Shown: positions 17,423-27,589 of the stretch, in pieces | How the letters are laid out: each line of letters begins with the position of its first letter | How positions within the stretch are numbered: the first letter of the stretch is position 1 | NCBI GenBank assembly: GCA_963817895.1 | Contig: CAWFQB010000004.1 | Location: 224,001 to 288,000, forward strand | Reading direction: 5' to 3' | From: an uncultured Chthonomonadaceae bacterium | GTDB lineage: Bacteria; Armatimonadota; Chthonomonadetes; Chthonomonadales; Chthonomonadaceae | Length of the DNA: 64,000 bases | Notes under the pieces: generated by a model | Seen by the model: only the letters and a program-made list of their open reading frames with translations | Database searches by the model: none | Told to the model about the DNA's origin: nothing | Translations under genes and position numbers: made by a program

Positions 17423-18481
17423 ATGCAGGCTCCCACTGCGCCATCGGCGAAAACCAAGACACCCCACGCGGAAGCAAACACCCACACGGCTTTCAATGCA
17501 ACCACCGAAGTATACACAAAACCCGATACCGAATCGAAGCCGAACACCGGCACCAAAAAGACGGACTTCAAAACAAGAACCCGGCCCTTCCTTGAAAAGT
17601 TCGGTATGTTTCTGGCGGTTGTCGTGCCGCCGTGTGGCGCGTTGTATGCCGCTGTCCTCCTGACGCGCGGGCATGTTTTCTGGGGCTACCCCATTCTCGC
17701 CTTTGTGCTGGCGTCGCTGACCAATCTGGGAACTACGGCGGGCTACCACCGGATGCTGACCCATCAGGCGTTCAAAGCGCACCCCGTCGTGCAGTACGCG
17801 CTGCTCATTTTAGGCGCGGTTGCGGGGATGAGTTCGCCCATTGTGTGGGCGCACGACCATATATACCACCATTCCCATAGCGATACGGATAACGATCTTC
17901 ATTCCCCGCATACGCGACGTTATGAGGGTTGGGGAGTTGAGGTCTTCTGGCAATGGCTACATGCCCACATCGGCTGGCTGTTTTGCAGCACCATCCCCTT
18001 CGACAAAGCTACGCAGGCGACGGACACGCCTGCCGCCCGCTTCGTGCATAAAACCTGCTACGTCTGGCTTTTGGCGGGGATTTTCGTTCCCCTTTGCTTT
18101 GGTTGGAACGCATTTATATGGGCGGGACTGGTGCGCCTGTTCCTGAGCCACCACATCACCTGGAGCGTAAACTCCATCTGTCACCTGTGGGGACAGCAGC
18201 CGTTTCAGGGAACCAAAGACAAAAGTAAGAACAACGTCCTTGTCGGCATACTCGCGCTTGGCGAAGGCTGGCACAACAACCACCACTTCCGCCCCGCCTC
18301 GGCGCAGCACGGGATGCTGCCGCGCCAGTTGGACATCACCTATTCCGTAATTTGCCTGCTGGAGCGCTGCAAACTGGTATGGCAGGTAAAGCGGTACGCC
18401 CCCTGCCCGACGTGCCAGACATGGCAGGCCGCCGACGCATGCAAAAACGTTACCTGTACACAGTGCCGTGTTGTGGCGTAG
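17423..18481 (+). CDS. Acyl-lipid/acyl-CoA delta-9-type fatty acid desaturase
   Basis: Three His boxes HRMLTH, HIYHH, HNNHH; GEGW motif. Confidence 0.92.
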   Translation: MQAPTAPSAKTKTPHAEANTHTAFNATTEVYTKPDTESKPNTGTKKTDFKTRTRPFLEKFGMFLAVVVPPCGALYAAVLLTRGHVFWGYPILAFVLASLTNLGTTAGYHRMLTHQAFKAHPVVQYALLILGAVAGMSSPIVWAHDHIYHHSHSDTDNDLHSPHTRRYEGWGVEVFWQWLHAHIGWLFCSTIPFDKATQATDTPAARFVHKTCYVWLLAGIFVPLCFGWNAFIWAGLVRLFLSHHITWSVNSICHLWGQQPFQGTKDKSKNNVLVGILALGEGWHNNHHFRPASAQHGMLPRQLDITYSVICLLERCKLVWQVKRYAPCPTCQTWQAADACKNVTCTQCRVVA

Positions 18482-18482
18482 T

Positions 18483-18676
18483 GACCTCACCCCAACCCCT
18501 CTCTTGGCCGCGCAACGCGCTAGGAGAGGGGAGCAGTTAGTTGGAAAAATTTGTGGCCGCAATGAAACTGATGTGATGTTTTGGCAGGCTCAAGTAAGTA
18601 TTTTAGGGAGGCTAACATCTACGCTCTCCCCTCTCCTGGCGCGTTGCGCGGCCAGGAGAGGGGTTGGGGTGAGGTC
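18483..18676. repeat. Inverted pair of family A REP-like repeats between convergent genes
   Basis: GACCTCACCCCAACCCCTCTC...GGAGAGGGG (18483-18531) and its reverse complement (18628-18676). Confidence 0.85.
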
Positions 18677-19173
18677 ATAAAAGCAGCCGATAACAGTGCC
18701 ATTCAGGCAAATGTTGTGCGCCGAATTTCTGATAGAACGTTTGCGCGTCCGTATTCCAATCCAGCACCACCCACTCCATGCGTCCGCAATCCCGCGCTTC
18801 AGCCTCCCGTTTGAGATGTTCCATAAAGAACGTTCCGATTCCATGACGCCGAAATTCGGGCAAGACGAAAATATCTTCGATGTAGAAGGTGGGGAGGCAC
18901 AAAAACGAAGAGTAGGTCAGGAAGGTAATGGCGTAGGCGGCGGGCGTGTTTTCTCCCGTCTGAGCGTCCCGAACATACGTCAGCCAGGCGTTGAAAAGGG
19001 GCGGCTGTCCGTCTTTGGGCCAGCCGTGCTGTTCCAATCGCTGCCGGGCGTCCGCATCCGGCGGAGCCAGTTTCTCGAAATCCGCAAGCGCGTCAATCAG
19101 GCGCAGCAGGGTAGGAATGTCTTCGCGTTCGGCTCGTTTAATCGTTAAATGATGTGTGGTTGAATTCTCGTTC
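18675..19173 (-). CDS. GNAT N-acetyltransferase (SSAT-like)
   Basis: YIEDIFVLPEFRRHGIG and RMEWVVLDWN motifs; start approximate. Confidence 0.9.
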
Positions 19174-19195
19174 ATGGTTTGACCTTGCTTGTTTT

Positions 19196-19300
19196 TGTCT
19201 TGAACCATGATTTCACATGATTGGGATGATTAACATGAAGAACGCGCCTCCTCAATCATGGTAATCACAAAAATCATGCCTAATCATGGTTCAAGACAAT
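19196..19300. repeat. Inverted nonamer-array element (TCTTGAACCATGATT...AATCATGGTTCAAGA)
   Basis: Also at ~15849-15947 and ~61425-61560. Confidence 0.8.
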
Positions 19301-19302
19301 TT

Positions 19303-20277
19303 CTACCGAACCCCCGTAAGCCGATCCAGTTTGCGCAGCAGCGGCTTTTGTTCGATGAGTTTTGTCAGGGAAACGCGCTCGGCAAGGATGTGCAGGCCGA
19401 TAAGCAGCGACAGAGCAAGCAAGCGGAAGGGAATAGCGATTGGCGATGTGGCTAGAGCAAGTCCAAGCGTGGCCCCCAACAGATTGCTACCCGTATCGCC
19501 CATCATCACCTGCGCCTTCGCGTCGCGCTGCCAGACGGGGAGGGTGGGGATAAGAACTAAGAGCAGGAGGGGCGTTCCCGCTTCCCCGGAAAACAGCGTC
19601 AGGGCGCACAGGGGAAAGGCGACGAGAATAAACACGCTGCCCGCGCGTCCGGGGCGCAAATCCAACAGGTTTATGGCGTTCGCGCTCAGGGCAATCAGCG
19701 CGGCGGCAAGCAGGGCAAGGGCAAAATCTTCCGGGTACAAACGCCAGCCGAGCAACAGCGCCAACACTCCGCCGCCAACGGCTTTGACAAACCCGGTTGT
19801 AATCGTTCGTTCCCGAAACGCGGCGCGAAAATGGCCGCGCAGCCCCTTGATGCGTTTGGTTCCCCACGTATCGTCAATAAATCCGAGCAGTCCGAAGCCG
19901 GTTACGGCAAATAGCCAGAGCAGGCTTTCTCCCCGCTGAACGGCAAACAGCCATGCGTTCAATGCCAGCATCATTCCCGCCCACAACCAAATTGCCAATC
20001 CGAAACTTTGCGGAATTTTTTCGCCCCGGAAGTTGGCTTCCATGCGGTTTGCGCGGCGCAATAAACCGTTTACCGCGCCAAGAACAAGCGGAAGCAGCAG
20101 CAGGCCGACAAGAGCGAACAACAGGCCGCGTGATGACAGCAACCCCTGCGCGCGTACCGCGCCGAGGATGCCGAAACGCTGCCCCAAATGCTGTATCAGG
20201 CGGTCAAGGCTGTCAAAAAGCCCGCTCAAACCGTTGACAGGGAAGGACGCGCCCGGATCGCCGCCGATTTCATCCAT
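19303..20277 (-). CDS. MraY/WecA-like polyprenyl-phosphate transferase (glycosyl transferase family 4)
   Basis: GFIDD, NAINLLDLRPGRA, MMGDTGSN motifs; multi-TM. Confidence 0.85.
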   Translation of the reverse strand: MDEIGGDPGASFPVNGLSGLFDSLDRLIQHLGQRFGILGAVRAQGLLSSRGLLFALVGLLLLPLVLGAVNGLLRRANRMEANFRGEKIPQSFGLAIWLWAGMMLALNAWLFAVQRGESLLWLFAVTGFGLLGFIDDTWGTKRIKGLRGHFRAAFRERTITTGFVKAVGGGVLALLLGWRLYPEDFALALLAAALIALSANAINLLDLRPGRAGSVFILVAFPLCALTLFSGEAGTPLLLLVLIPTLPVWQRDAKAQVMMGDTGSNLLGATLGLALATSPIAIPFRLLALSLLIGLHILAERVSLTKLIEQKPLLRKLDRLTGVR

Positions 20278-21043
20278 CGCGCTGTTCCTTATTTACAGGG
20301 GTGGGGGCAGGAGGCAGGGAAGAAGTTTGAGGTGGTGACAGTTGACTTGTAATGCGGGGGAGGGGATTCCGCCATAACCGAAACAGGATACCGGCTGCCG
20401 CAAGGAACTGTTTTGCCCGGTGCAGAATCGCGCCCCACGTTCGCCCGGTCACGCGGTGCGACATCTGCGTCGGCACTTCCTGAACCCGATAGCCCTGCTG
20501 CAAGGCGCGAACCGTCAAAGCCACTTCCACGCCCCACCCGGACGCGAAGCCGCCGCCGTTCACAATCACCTCGCGCCGAATAGCCCGTTGCCCGGAAAGC
20601 GGGGCCTGCATAGTTCGTCCGGTAAGCCTGCGTATGCCCCACCGCGATAGTTTTACCACAAGCCCCATGCCGCCGCCCTTGCCCGGAATGACGGGGAAAG
20701 TGGCAATCGTCATGTCAGCCTGTTCAGCCAAAACAGGGGCGAGCAACAGTCCTGCATTAAACGCCGTTGACCCTAAATCCGCGTCAACCAGCAGCACAAT
20801 ATCGCCGCTCGACATGGCAAACCCCGCCTGCAACGCCGCGCCCTTGCCCGCGTTAGTCTGCCGCAATACCACATCCGCGCCCCCGGCTTCGGCAAGGTGG
20901 GCGGTATCGTCCGTAGAGCCATCGTCTACCACGATAATTTCACCGATTGAGACTGCATCCGCGTCCGAAAGGGCTTGCAGCGCCCGAAGCGTTTGCCCGA
21001 TGAATTCGGCCTCATTATATGCGGGAATGATGATGGAGATCAT
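20270..21043 (-). CDS. GT2 glycosyltransferase
   Basis: IIIPAYNE, VVDDGSTD, VDAD motifs. Confidence 0.9.
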   Translation of the reverse strand: MISIIIPAYNEAEFIGQTLRALQALSDADAVSIGEIIVVDDGSTDDTAHLAEAGGADVVLRQTNAGKGAALQAGFAMSSGDIVLLVDADLGSTAFNAGLLLAPVLAEQADMTIATFPVIPGKGGGMGLVVKLSRWGIRRLTGRTMQAPLSGQRAIRREVIVNGGGFASGWGVEVALTVRALQQGYRVQEVPTQMSHRVTGRTWGAILHRAKQFLAAAGILFRLWRNPLPRITSQLSPPQTSSLPPAPTPVNKEQRDG

Positions 21044-21978
21044 GGCGTGGAATTGGCGAGAGCGGTGACAAGCTGCCAGCGGCCCGGATCGGTGTTGGCG
21101 CGTTCAATGGCGGTCAGGGCGAGGCCGGCGGCGTGGTACGCGGTAAAACTGGAAGTAGTCACATCCTGCGCTTCACAGGCGTACACGGGAACCCCGGCTT
21201 TTTGCAGCGCGGCAATCAGCGGCACATCCACATTCTGCGCCAGACTTGTGGCTTCGCTGCGGCTGCCGGTCAGCAGAATCACCGCCCGCGCAGGCGCATC
21301 ATAACGGCTGTCCGGTTCGCTGCGAAGAAATCCGGCCTCCTGTAACTCCGACATGAAGGTTTTGGAAGCCGAGTCGCTATTTGAATTTGCGCCGTTGGAA
21401 TTCGCGTTGTCTGTTGCGCTGTTGTTCGGTATATCTCTGGAAGCGTCTGAATTGGCAGGCACATTCTTCGTTGCGGAGGGCGGTGACTCGCCGGACTGCA
21501 AAATGGAGGCGAAACGGGCAACAAGTTCTGCGCGGTCAGCAGGAAAGCGGTTGTTGCCTACCCGCTGTTCCGTTAAACGGGGCAGAAGCAATTCGTCCGG
21601 CTGATTGAAGGGCCGTTCCAGCAGGGTAATGGAAACCACGCGCGCCCCGGCCTGCGTCAGCGTGTCGCGTATGTCGTTTGTCAGTCCGCTCGCGTCTGCC
21701 GACGTTTGCACAATCGCCAGAGAAAGCCCGCTCAATCGGCCTTTTAGCGCAAAGGGAAGGGATTGATGCAGGCTTGTTTGCAGCGTGTCCCGCTCCTGCT
21801 TCACGTCCAGCGTGTTCTTTTCCAGTATTGCCTGCGACTTTTTCAGCGCTTCAATGGCGATAACCGTGGTTTGCGGCACGCGGGGCGAACCGAAAAGGCT
21901 GCCGACAACAAGGCCAATCGTCAGCGCGAAAAAGATGGCGGCAATTGTCACCACATGGTATTTGAAGCCGGGTCCCAC
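21040..21978 (-). CDS. steB: SteB/MctB-family ('copper transporter', DUF3186) protein
   Basis: N-terminal FKYHVVTIAAIFFALTIGLVVGS, coiled coil; downstream of steA. Confidence 0.75.
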   Translation of the reverse strand: MGPGFKYHVVTIAAIFFALTIGLVVGSLFGSPRVPQTTVIAIEALKKSQAILEKNTLDVKQERDTLQTSLHQSLPFALKGRLSGLSLAIVQTSADASGLTNDIRDTLTQAGARVVSITLLERPFNQPDELLLPRLTEQRVGNNRFPADRAELVARFASILQSGESPPSATKNVPANSDASRDIPNNSATDNANSNGANSNSDSASKTFMSELQEAGFLRSEPDSRYDAPARAVILLTGSRSEATSLAQNVDVPLIAALQKAGVPVYACEAQDVTTSSFTAYHAAGLALTAIERANTDPGRWQLVTALANSTP

Positions 21979-21979
21979 G

Positions 21980-22489
21980 CTACTGTTTTTTCCTTTGCGC
22001 TTCGCGTCGCTGCTGCCGGTTTACCGGCGTTGTATTGGGACGGGCGGCGTTGCGGGCATCCTGCATGCTTTTGCGAACCTGCTGCGGCGTCATGGGCGGC
22101 TGTTTCGCGGCCTGCTGTTTCATCTGATCCATCAGTTGCTTCTTAATCAGCGGAACTAGCCGGTCTTTGAATTTGAACACCAGCAACGCGACAACCAGGC
22201 CCAATACCAGCAGAACAATTCTGGCAATCAGTGAGGGAATAAGGAAAATTCCCATCAGAAAGAACGCCACGCCGACGCCGCCCGTCACCTGACTGATGGT
22301 AGGCAATCGTTCCAGCATTTGAAGCGATTTTTTCACTTTGGGATCGGACTCGGCCATTAATGCGTGAAGCTGGCGCGGAAACCCGTCCATAAACGACTTG
22401 ACGGCCTTACGCGCCGACATCATCACGGTTGCGGCGACCATCGCCACCGTGCCAAGCAGAAGAAGCAGAATTGCAAGCGCTATGCCCAT
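21980..22489 (-). CDS. Hypothetical membrane protein
   Basis: Three hydrophobic segments, basic tail; in operon. Confidence 0.65.
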   Translation of the reverse strand: MGIALAILLLLLGTVAMVAATVMMSARKAVKSFMDGFPRQLHALMAESDPKVKKSLQMLERLPTISQVTGGVGVAFFLMGIFLIPSLIARIVLLVLGLVVALLVFKFKDRLVPLIKKQLMDQMKQQAAKQPPMTPQQVRKSMQDARNAARPNTTPVNRQQRREAQRKKQ

Positions 22490-22596
22490 TAGTTGACCCT
22501 TTTGCCCTCACCCCCGCCCCTCTCCCAAAAAGGCTTGGGAGAGGGGAGACTGATTACTTAGAAGATGGGACGAATGTAAACTGTTTTTGAAGTAAG

Positions 22597-23770
22597 TTAT
22601 CTGTGAAAATGGATGCGAAGCCAGACGCCGAGGGCTTGCAGCAGAGTTTGCCCGCCGGTTGTCAGCAGAAATGTGGCGATAATGGGCGTGGCTGCCGCGA
22701 AAATCACGAGAACAATGCTGCCCATATTGACCCGGTTGCCTTTCCACAGGCGGGCAATACCTTTGGCGTCTACCAGTTTTGAGCCGATGCGCAGGCGCGT
22801 CAGAAACGTGCTTGCCATCCCGCGCCGGCCCTTGTCAAGAAAATCTTCCAGACTGAAGTGCGTTCCGACCGCCACAATCAATTGCGCGCCGAGTTCATCC
22901 GCCAGCAGCATCGCGACATCTTCGCTCGTGCCTGACGCATGGAAAACCGTCGCTTCCACGCCCAACGCCTGCGTCCGTTCCAGGCCGGGAACGCCACGCG
23001 CATCGCCCCTCGCGTAGCCATGCACAATGATTTCCGCGCCGCAACGCAGGGCGGCGTCGCTCACGCTATCCATGTCGCCCAATATGATGTGTGGGCGCAG
23101 GCGGGCTTCCAAAAGCGCGTCTGCGCCGCCATCTACCGCGATCAGAACGGGGCGAACATCCCGAAGATACTGATGTAGCAGGGCTAGATCGTCCTTATAA
23201 CCCTCGCCGCGCACTACAATAAGCGCATGTTTGTTGTGAAAACTTGTTCTCAACTTCGGCACATCAACCGGATCGAACAACAGCGCCTTTTCATTATTGA
23301 GATATTCCAGCGTATTGCGCGCGAAATGATCCAGTTCCACGCTGAGATTTTCGCGCGCCGCTTCCATCTGCCGCGCAACCAGTTCGGGCGTCAGCAGTGT
23401 GCCGTGAATACAGGCTCCGTTTTCCAAACGCAGGCAGTCGCCGTTGAGAGTTGCTGCGCTGCCATCGGCAATAGCATCGAACGCCTCAATGCCGATGTTG
23501 TCGAGCAGAGGAATACCGGCTTCCAGCAGCACGTTCGGGCCGCGATTGGGATAGCGACCGGAGATGCTCGGCACGGCATTTACGACAGCGGCAACATGGC
23601 AATCCACCAGAGCGCGGGCCGCAGTCGAATCGAGGTCGGCGTGATGAATAACCGCCACCTCTCCCGGACGCAATCGTCGCGTCAGGTTCTTGGTGCGTTT
23701 GTCTTTACGCGCCCGCAGCGTGGGCGCGTTTGTCGAAGGCGTAGACAGCGTTTCTCTGCTCAACAGGGGC
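22597..23770 (-). CDS. steA: SteA-family putative cytokinetic ring protein
   Basis: DKRTKNLTRRLRPG, ISGRYPNRGP, VDGGADAL, GDMDSVSD, AVGTH...FLDKGRRGMASTFLTRL; start approximate. Confidence 0.88.
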
Positions 23771-24040
23771 ATATCAACAACACCAGACCATCGTAGCGCC
23801 TGAGTTCAGCGTTGCAGACGGATTTCGGAACATGCAAACGCTTCAAGCATTATGCGGATTTTAGCGGCAATTGTCAACGGCAATGCGGCATGTGCCGCCG
23901 AACAAAACCCTCTATCTGGTACAATACATCACTTAACTCTGCATACGTTAGCGAGAGGAGAGGCGTTTCGAGAAAAGCCTGTAACTCGCGCTGCGCAGGC
24001 AAACAATTCTAAACGTAGATTTTGTGAACGGATGCGAACC

Positions 24041-24412
24041 ATGCCGGATACCATATTGATTGAGGGGCTGGAGTTCTACGGCTATCACGGCGTTCCTGAC
24101 GAGGAACAGGCCATCGGACATCGCTACGGCGTGGATGTTCGGCTCACGGTAGATACGCGCCACGCCGCGCAAACCGACAATGTGAAAGACACGACAAACT
24201 ATTCCAAAGTGGCGCGCGCGCTTATCGAAGTTGGCACGAAAACGCAATTTCGCCTACTGGAACGCCTTGCCGAACGTATGATACAGGAGATATTCGCGAA
24301 TTTTGAACAAGTTCAGGCGGTAAACTTGTGCCTGCGCAAACTGATGCCGCCGATGAACGTGATTGTTTCGGCTGTCGGCGTGGAAATCACGCGGCAGCGC
24401 ATCGAGGAGTGA
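24041..24412 (+). CDS. folB: Dihydroneopterin aldolase
   Basis: GLEFYGYHGV..EEQAIG, TTNY, LLERLA motifs. Confidence 0.93.
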   Translation: MPDTILIEGLEFYGYHGVPDEEQAIGHRYGVDVRLTVDTRHAAQTDNVKDTTNYSKVARALIEVGTKTQFRLLERLAERMIQEIFANFEQVQAVNLCLRKLMPPMNVIVSAVGVEITRQRIEE

Positions 24413-24419
24413 ACCTATC

Positions 24420-25511
24420 ATGTTACAGCAGCCTTTGCCTGTGGAACTGACGAAATTGACGCCGGAAGAAACGGACGCGCGCATTGCCCGCGCCCGCCGG
24501 TGTCTGGGCGAAGACCTGATTATTCTGGGCCACCATTACCAGCGGGATGAGATTATTAAATGGGCGGATTTTCGGGGCGACAGCCTGAAATTGTCCCAAC
24601 TGGCCGCGCAACACCCGGAAGCTAAAACCATTATTTTTTGTGGCGTTCACTTTATGGCCGAGTCCGCCGATGTGTTGACAACGGATGAACAGGTTGTGAT
24701 ACTGCCCAATATGAGCGCGGGCTGCTCTATGGCGGACATGGCGAACATCCGGCAGGTGGAGGACGCCTGGGAAGACATTGGCAGCGTAACGGATACCTCC
24801 AAAATCATTCCCATCACCTACGTCAACTCCACAGCGGCTATCAAAGCCTTTGTGGGGCGCAATGGCGGGGCGTGCTGCACCTCCTCCAATGCGCGAAAAG
24901 TGATCGAATGGGCGTTCGCGAACGGCGAAAAACTGATGTTTTTCCCCGACCAGCACCTTGGCCGCAATACGTGCGTCGCGCTCGGCCTTGACCCCGACAA
25001 AGACATGCTTTTATGGGACCCGCACAAGCCGTTCGGCGGCAATTCGCCCGAAGATGTGGCAAGCAAAAAAGTGCTGCTGTGGAAAGGCCACTGTTCCGTT
25101 CATGCCCGCTTTACCGTCGAGCAGATCGCGAAAGCGCGGCAGGATTATCCCGGTGTTCAGGCCATCGTCCACCCGGAATGTTCGCTGGACGTGGTACGCG
25201 CTTCAGATTTGAACGGCTCGACAGAATACATTATTGATACGATCCGCAAAGCGCCCGCAGGCACAACATGGGCGGTGGGAACCGAAATCAATCTGGTCAG
25301 CCGACTCGCCCACGAGATGCCCGATAAAACGATTTTCTGCCTCGACCCGGTGGTGTGTCCCTGCTCCACGATGTACCGCATCCATCCGAGCTACCTGCTG
25401 TGGACAATGGAAAACCTGCTGGAAGGCAAAATCGTCAATCAGGTAAAGGTGAAGACGGAAATCGCCGATGATGCGCGGCTGTCCCTGAACCGTATGCTGC
25501 AAATTACATAA
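24420..25511 (+). CDS. nadA: Quinolinate synthase
   Basis: LGHHYQR, FCGVHFMAE, AGCSMAD, HCSVH, HPEC, CPCSTM. Confidence 0.96.
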   Translation: MLQQPLPVELTKLTPEETDARIARARRCLGEDLIILGHHYQRDEIIKWADFRGDSLKLSQLAAQHPEAKTIIFCGVHFMAESADVLTTDEQVVILPNMSAGCSMADMANIRQVEDAWEDIGSVTDTSKIIPITYVNSTAAIKAFVGRNGGACCTSSNARKVIEWAFANGEKLMFFPDQHLGRNTCVALGLDPDKDMLLWDPHKPFGGNSPEDVASKKVLLWKGHCSVHARFTVEQIAKARQDYPGVQAIVHPECSLDVVRASDLNGSTEYIIDTIRKAPAGTTWAVGTEINLVSRLAHEMPDKTIFCLDPVVCPCSTMYRIHPSYLLWTMENLLEGKIVNQVKVKTEIADDARLSLNRMLQIT

Positions 25512-25512
25512 C

Positions 25513-25645
25513 TCACCACAGAGACACAGAGACACAGAGGCTTCACAGAGAAAAGCAGAGGGAATGATATGAAAGGGGCCGTTGATCTTCTCCTTTTCTC
25601 TTTTTCCCTCTGTGAAACCTCTGTGTCTCTGTGTCTCTGTGGTGA
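25513..25645. repeat. Inverted (CACAGAGA)n/(TCTCTGTG)n arrays between convergent genes
   Basis: Read directly; related half at ~13645-13684. Confidence 0.8.
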
Positions 25646-25649
25646 AGCA

Positions 25650-27512
25650 TTATCCCGGCGTAACATCCAGCGTTTGTTCGTTCAGGTAGTCGGCGGCTCC
25701 CGGCGCGGAACCGCGCGGCTTGCGGACGTACTTTTTGAGCGTGTAGTCTACCGAGACAAGGGACGAGTGTTTCTGCTGGCTGTGCTGGGCGCAGATCAGG
25801 GCAGCGCGTTCCAGAACGGGGCGCGGCACTTCGTAGGGCTTGCCATGTGAACGGACGACGACGTGCGCGCTGACGGCGGCGCGGACATGCAGCCACCAGT
25901 CGTTAGGCGCGGCGACGCGCAGGGTAAGATAATCGTTGGCGGTCGCGCTCTCCCCAACCAGTATGTCGAATCCCCGCTCATGGAAACGCCGGATTTTATG
26001 TCCGGCGAATTCCGATTCGTTGCCGCGTTTGGAACTGTCGTTTCCGGCGGCAGCGGCCCGTAAAACGTGGCGGGCCAGCAGGTCGGCGCGTAAAGCGCGT
26101 AATTCTTCTTCCGTATGCGCGTGGTTCAGGGCGGCCATTGCCACGCGAAGTTCCTCGCCTTGATCTGCTATGCGAATGTTGTCTTCAAGGGCGCGTTCCT
26201 CGGCGTCCCGCGCCTTGCGATACCGCTTGAAGTAGTGGTCGGCATTCTCCTGCGCATTCAAGCGCGGGTCCAGTTCGATGCTGCGGTCAGGAAAGTTCGG
26301 ATCGTAGTAATCCTGAACCACAATCTCTTTTGCGCCCGTCTGGTATTTCCACAGGTTGGCGAGGATCAATTCCCCGGTTTGTTTATACAGTTCGCTGCGC
26401 TCCGCTTCGGCAAGCGTTTTCAGGACGGATTGCAGTTGTCGCTCGACGCGCTTGCTTTCCTGCTGCAACTGGCCGCGCAGTTCGCCCGCAATGGCGACAA
26501 ACCCCGCCTGTTCCGCCTGAAACGTAAACGCATCGTCAAGGGCAGCGTTCAGCGAGGCAACGGGTGTCTGGCGCAGGTTCGGCAGGCGCGTAATTGGAAT
26601 GGGGTAAGCGCCGATGACGTGACCGGCTTCGTCGCGTATTTGGATGGGGCTGACCTCACCCCAACCCCTCTCCTTGCCGCGCAACGCGCCAGGAGAGGGG
26701 CTATCTAAGTTGAAAGTTTGTGTCCACAATGCCGTTAGCGCGTCCTTTAAATTGGAGGAGGGCATGGAAAGAACTTCTGAAACCTCTTCCGCGCTATTGT
26801 TTAGTTGAGCCGCAAACCTGTGCGCCATTTCTCGCGCCAGAAAAGGGGACAGGCCGACATACAGCGACAGCAGCATGTCGGCAAACTCCTGCTGTGATAT
26901 GTGCAGGTTTGAGCCGATTTCTTTGACCAGAAACGGCACGGCGTCGCGCACAAACGGGCTGACCTTATCGGATTGTGTGGGCGGCGGCTGATAGACTAGA
27001 CCGGGCAGAATTTCGCGGACGCGGTTGATGCGCTTGCTGATGCGCTTAACGGCGTCTAAAATTGTGCCCTCCTCGTTGATTAAAATCAGGTTGCTGTGTT
27101 TGCCCATCAGTTCTGCAACGAGGGAGAACGTTTGCGCCTCCTCTTCCGGGTTCCGAGGCCCTACCTCGATTTCCAGTATCCTGTCGAAACCGATTTGCCG
27201 AATATCGCGTATCCACGAATCTTCCAGATATTTTCGCAGCACCATGCAGAAGTTCGGCGGCGTGGACGGGTTGGGGCGTCGGCGCGTGGTCAGGTGCGCG
27301 CGGGCGAACTGCGGGTCAACCGACAGCAGCAATACATGCGTTTTGTTCAGGTTGCGAACCGTCAGGGTAATATCCGCAGGCGCGGGCTGCCGTATCTCCT
27401 GTATCTGCCCGCCAACGAGCAGTGAACCTAATTCCTCCACAACGCCGCGAAGTGTCAGGCTGTCGAAAGGAATTTTAGCGGTATTGGGTGTTTGTTTTTC
27501 GGTGTTCGGCAT
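25650..27512 (-). CDS. rqcH: NFACT-family ribosome quality control protein (RqcH/FbpA)
   Basis: PFDSLTL, FCMVLRKYL, FDRIL, ELMGKHSNLIL, NAQENADHYFKRYRK; C-terminal NFACT-R 'WWLHV...SAHVVV'. Confidence 0.92.
   Translation of the reverse strand: MPNTEKQTPNTAKIPFDSLTLRGVVEELGSLLVGGQIQEIRQPAPADITLTVRNLNKTHVLLLSVDPQFARAHLTTRRRPNPSTPPNFCMVLRKYLEDSWIRDIRQIGFDRILEIEVGPRNPEEEAQTFSLVAELMGKHSNLILINEEGTILDAVKRISKRINRVREILPGLVYQPPPTQSDKVSPFVRDAVPFLVKEIGSNLHISQQEFADMLLSLYVGLSPFLAREMAHRFAAQLNNSAEEVSEVLSMPSSNLKDALTALWTQTFNLDSPSPGALRGKERGWGEVSPIQIRDEAGHVIGAYPIPITRLPNLRQTPVASLNAALDDAFTFQAEQAGFVAIAGELRGQLQQESKRVERQLQSVLKTLAEAERSELYKQTGELILANLWKYQTGAKEIVVQDYYDPNFPDRSIELDPRLNAQENADHYFKRYRKARDAEERALEDNIRIADQGEELRVAMAALNHAHTEEELRALRADLLARHVLRAAAAGNDSSKRGNESEFAGHKIRRFHERGFDILVGESATANDYLTLRVAAPNDWWLHVRAAVSAHVVVRSHGKPYEVPRPVLERAALICAQHSQQKHSSLVSVDYTLKKYVRKPRGSAPGAADYLNEQTLDVTPG
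26652..26700. repeat. Family A REP-like repeat inserted in frame within rqcH
   Basis: GACCTCACCCCAACCCCTCTCCTTGCCGCGCAACGCGCCAGGAGAGGGG, nearly identical to 18483-18531. Confidence 0.9.
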
Positions 27513-27589
27513 AGTAGTTTCAATGATTGCACAGGAAAAACCGCCCGTCAAGGGGAAAGATAAGGACAAATTTCAAGAGGTAGATTATT

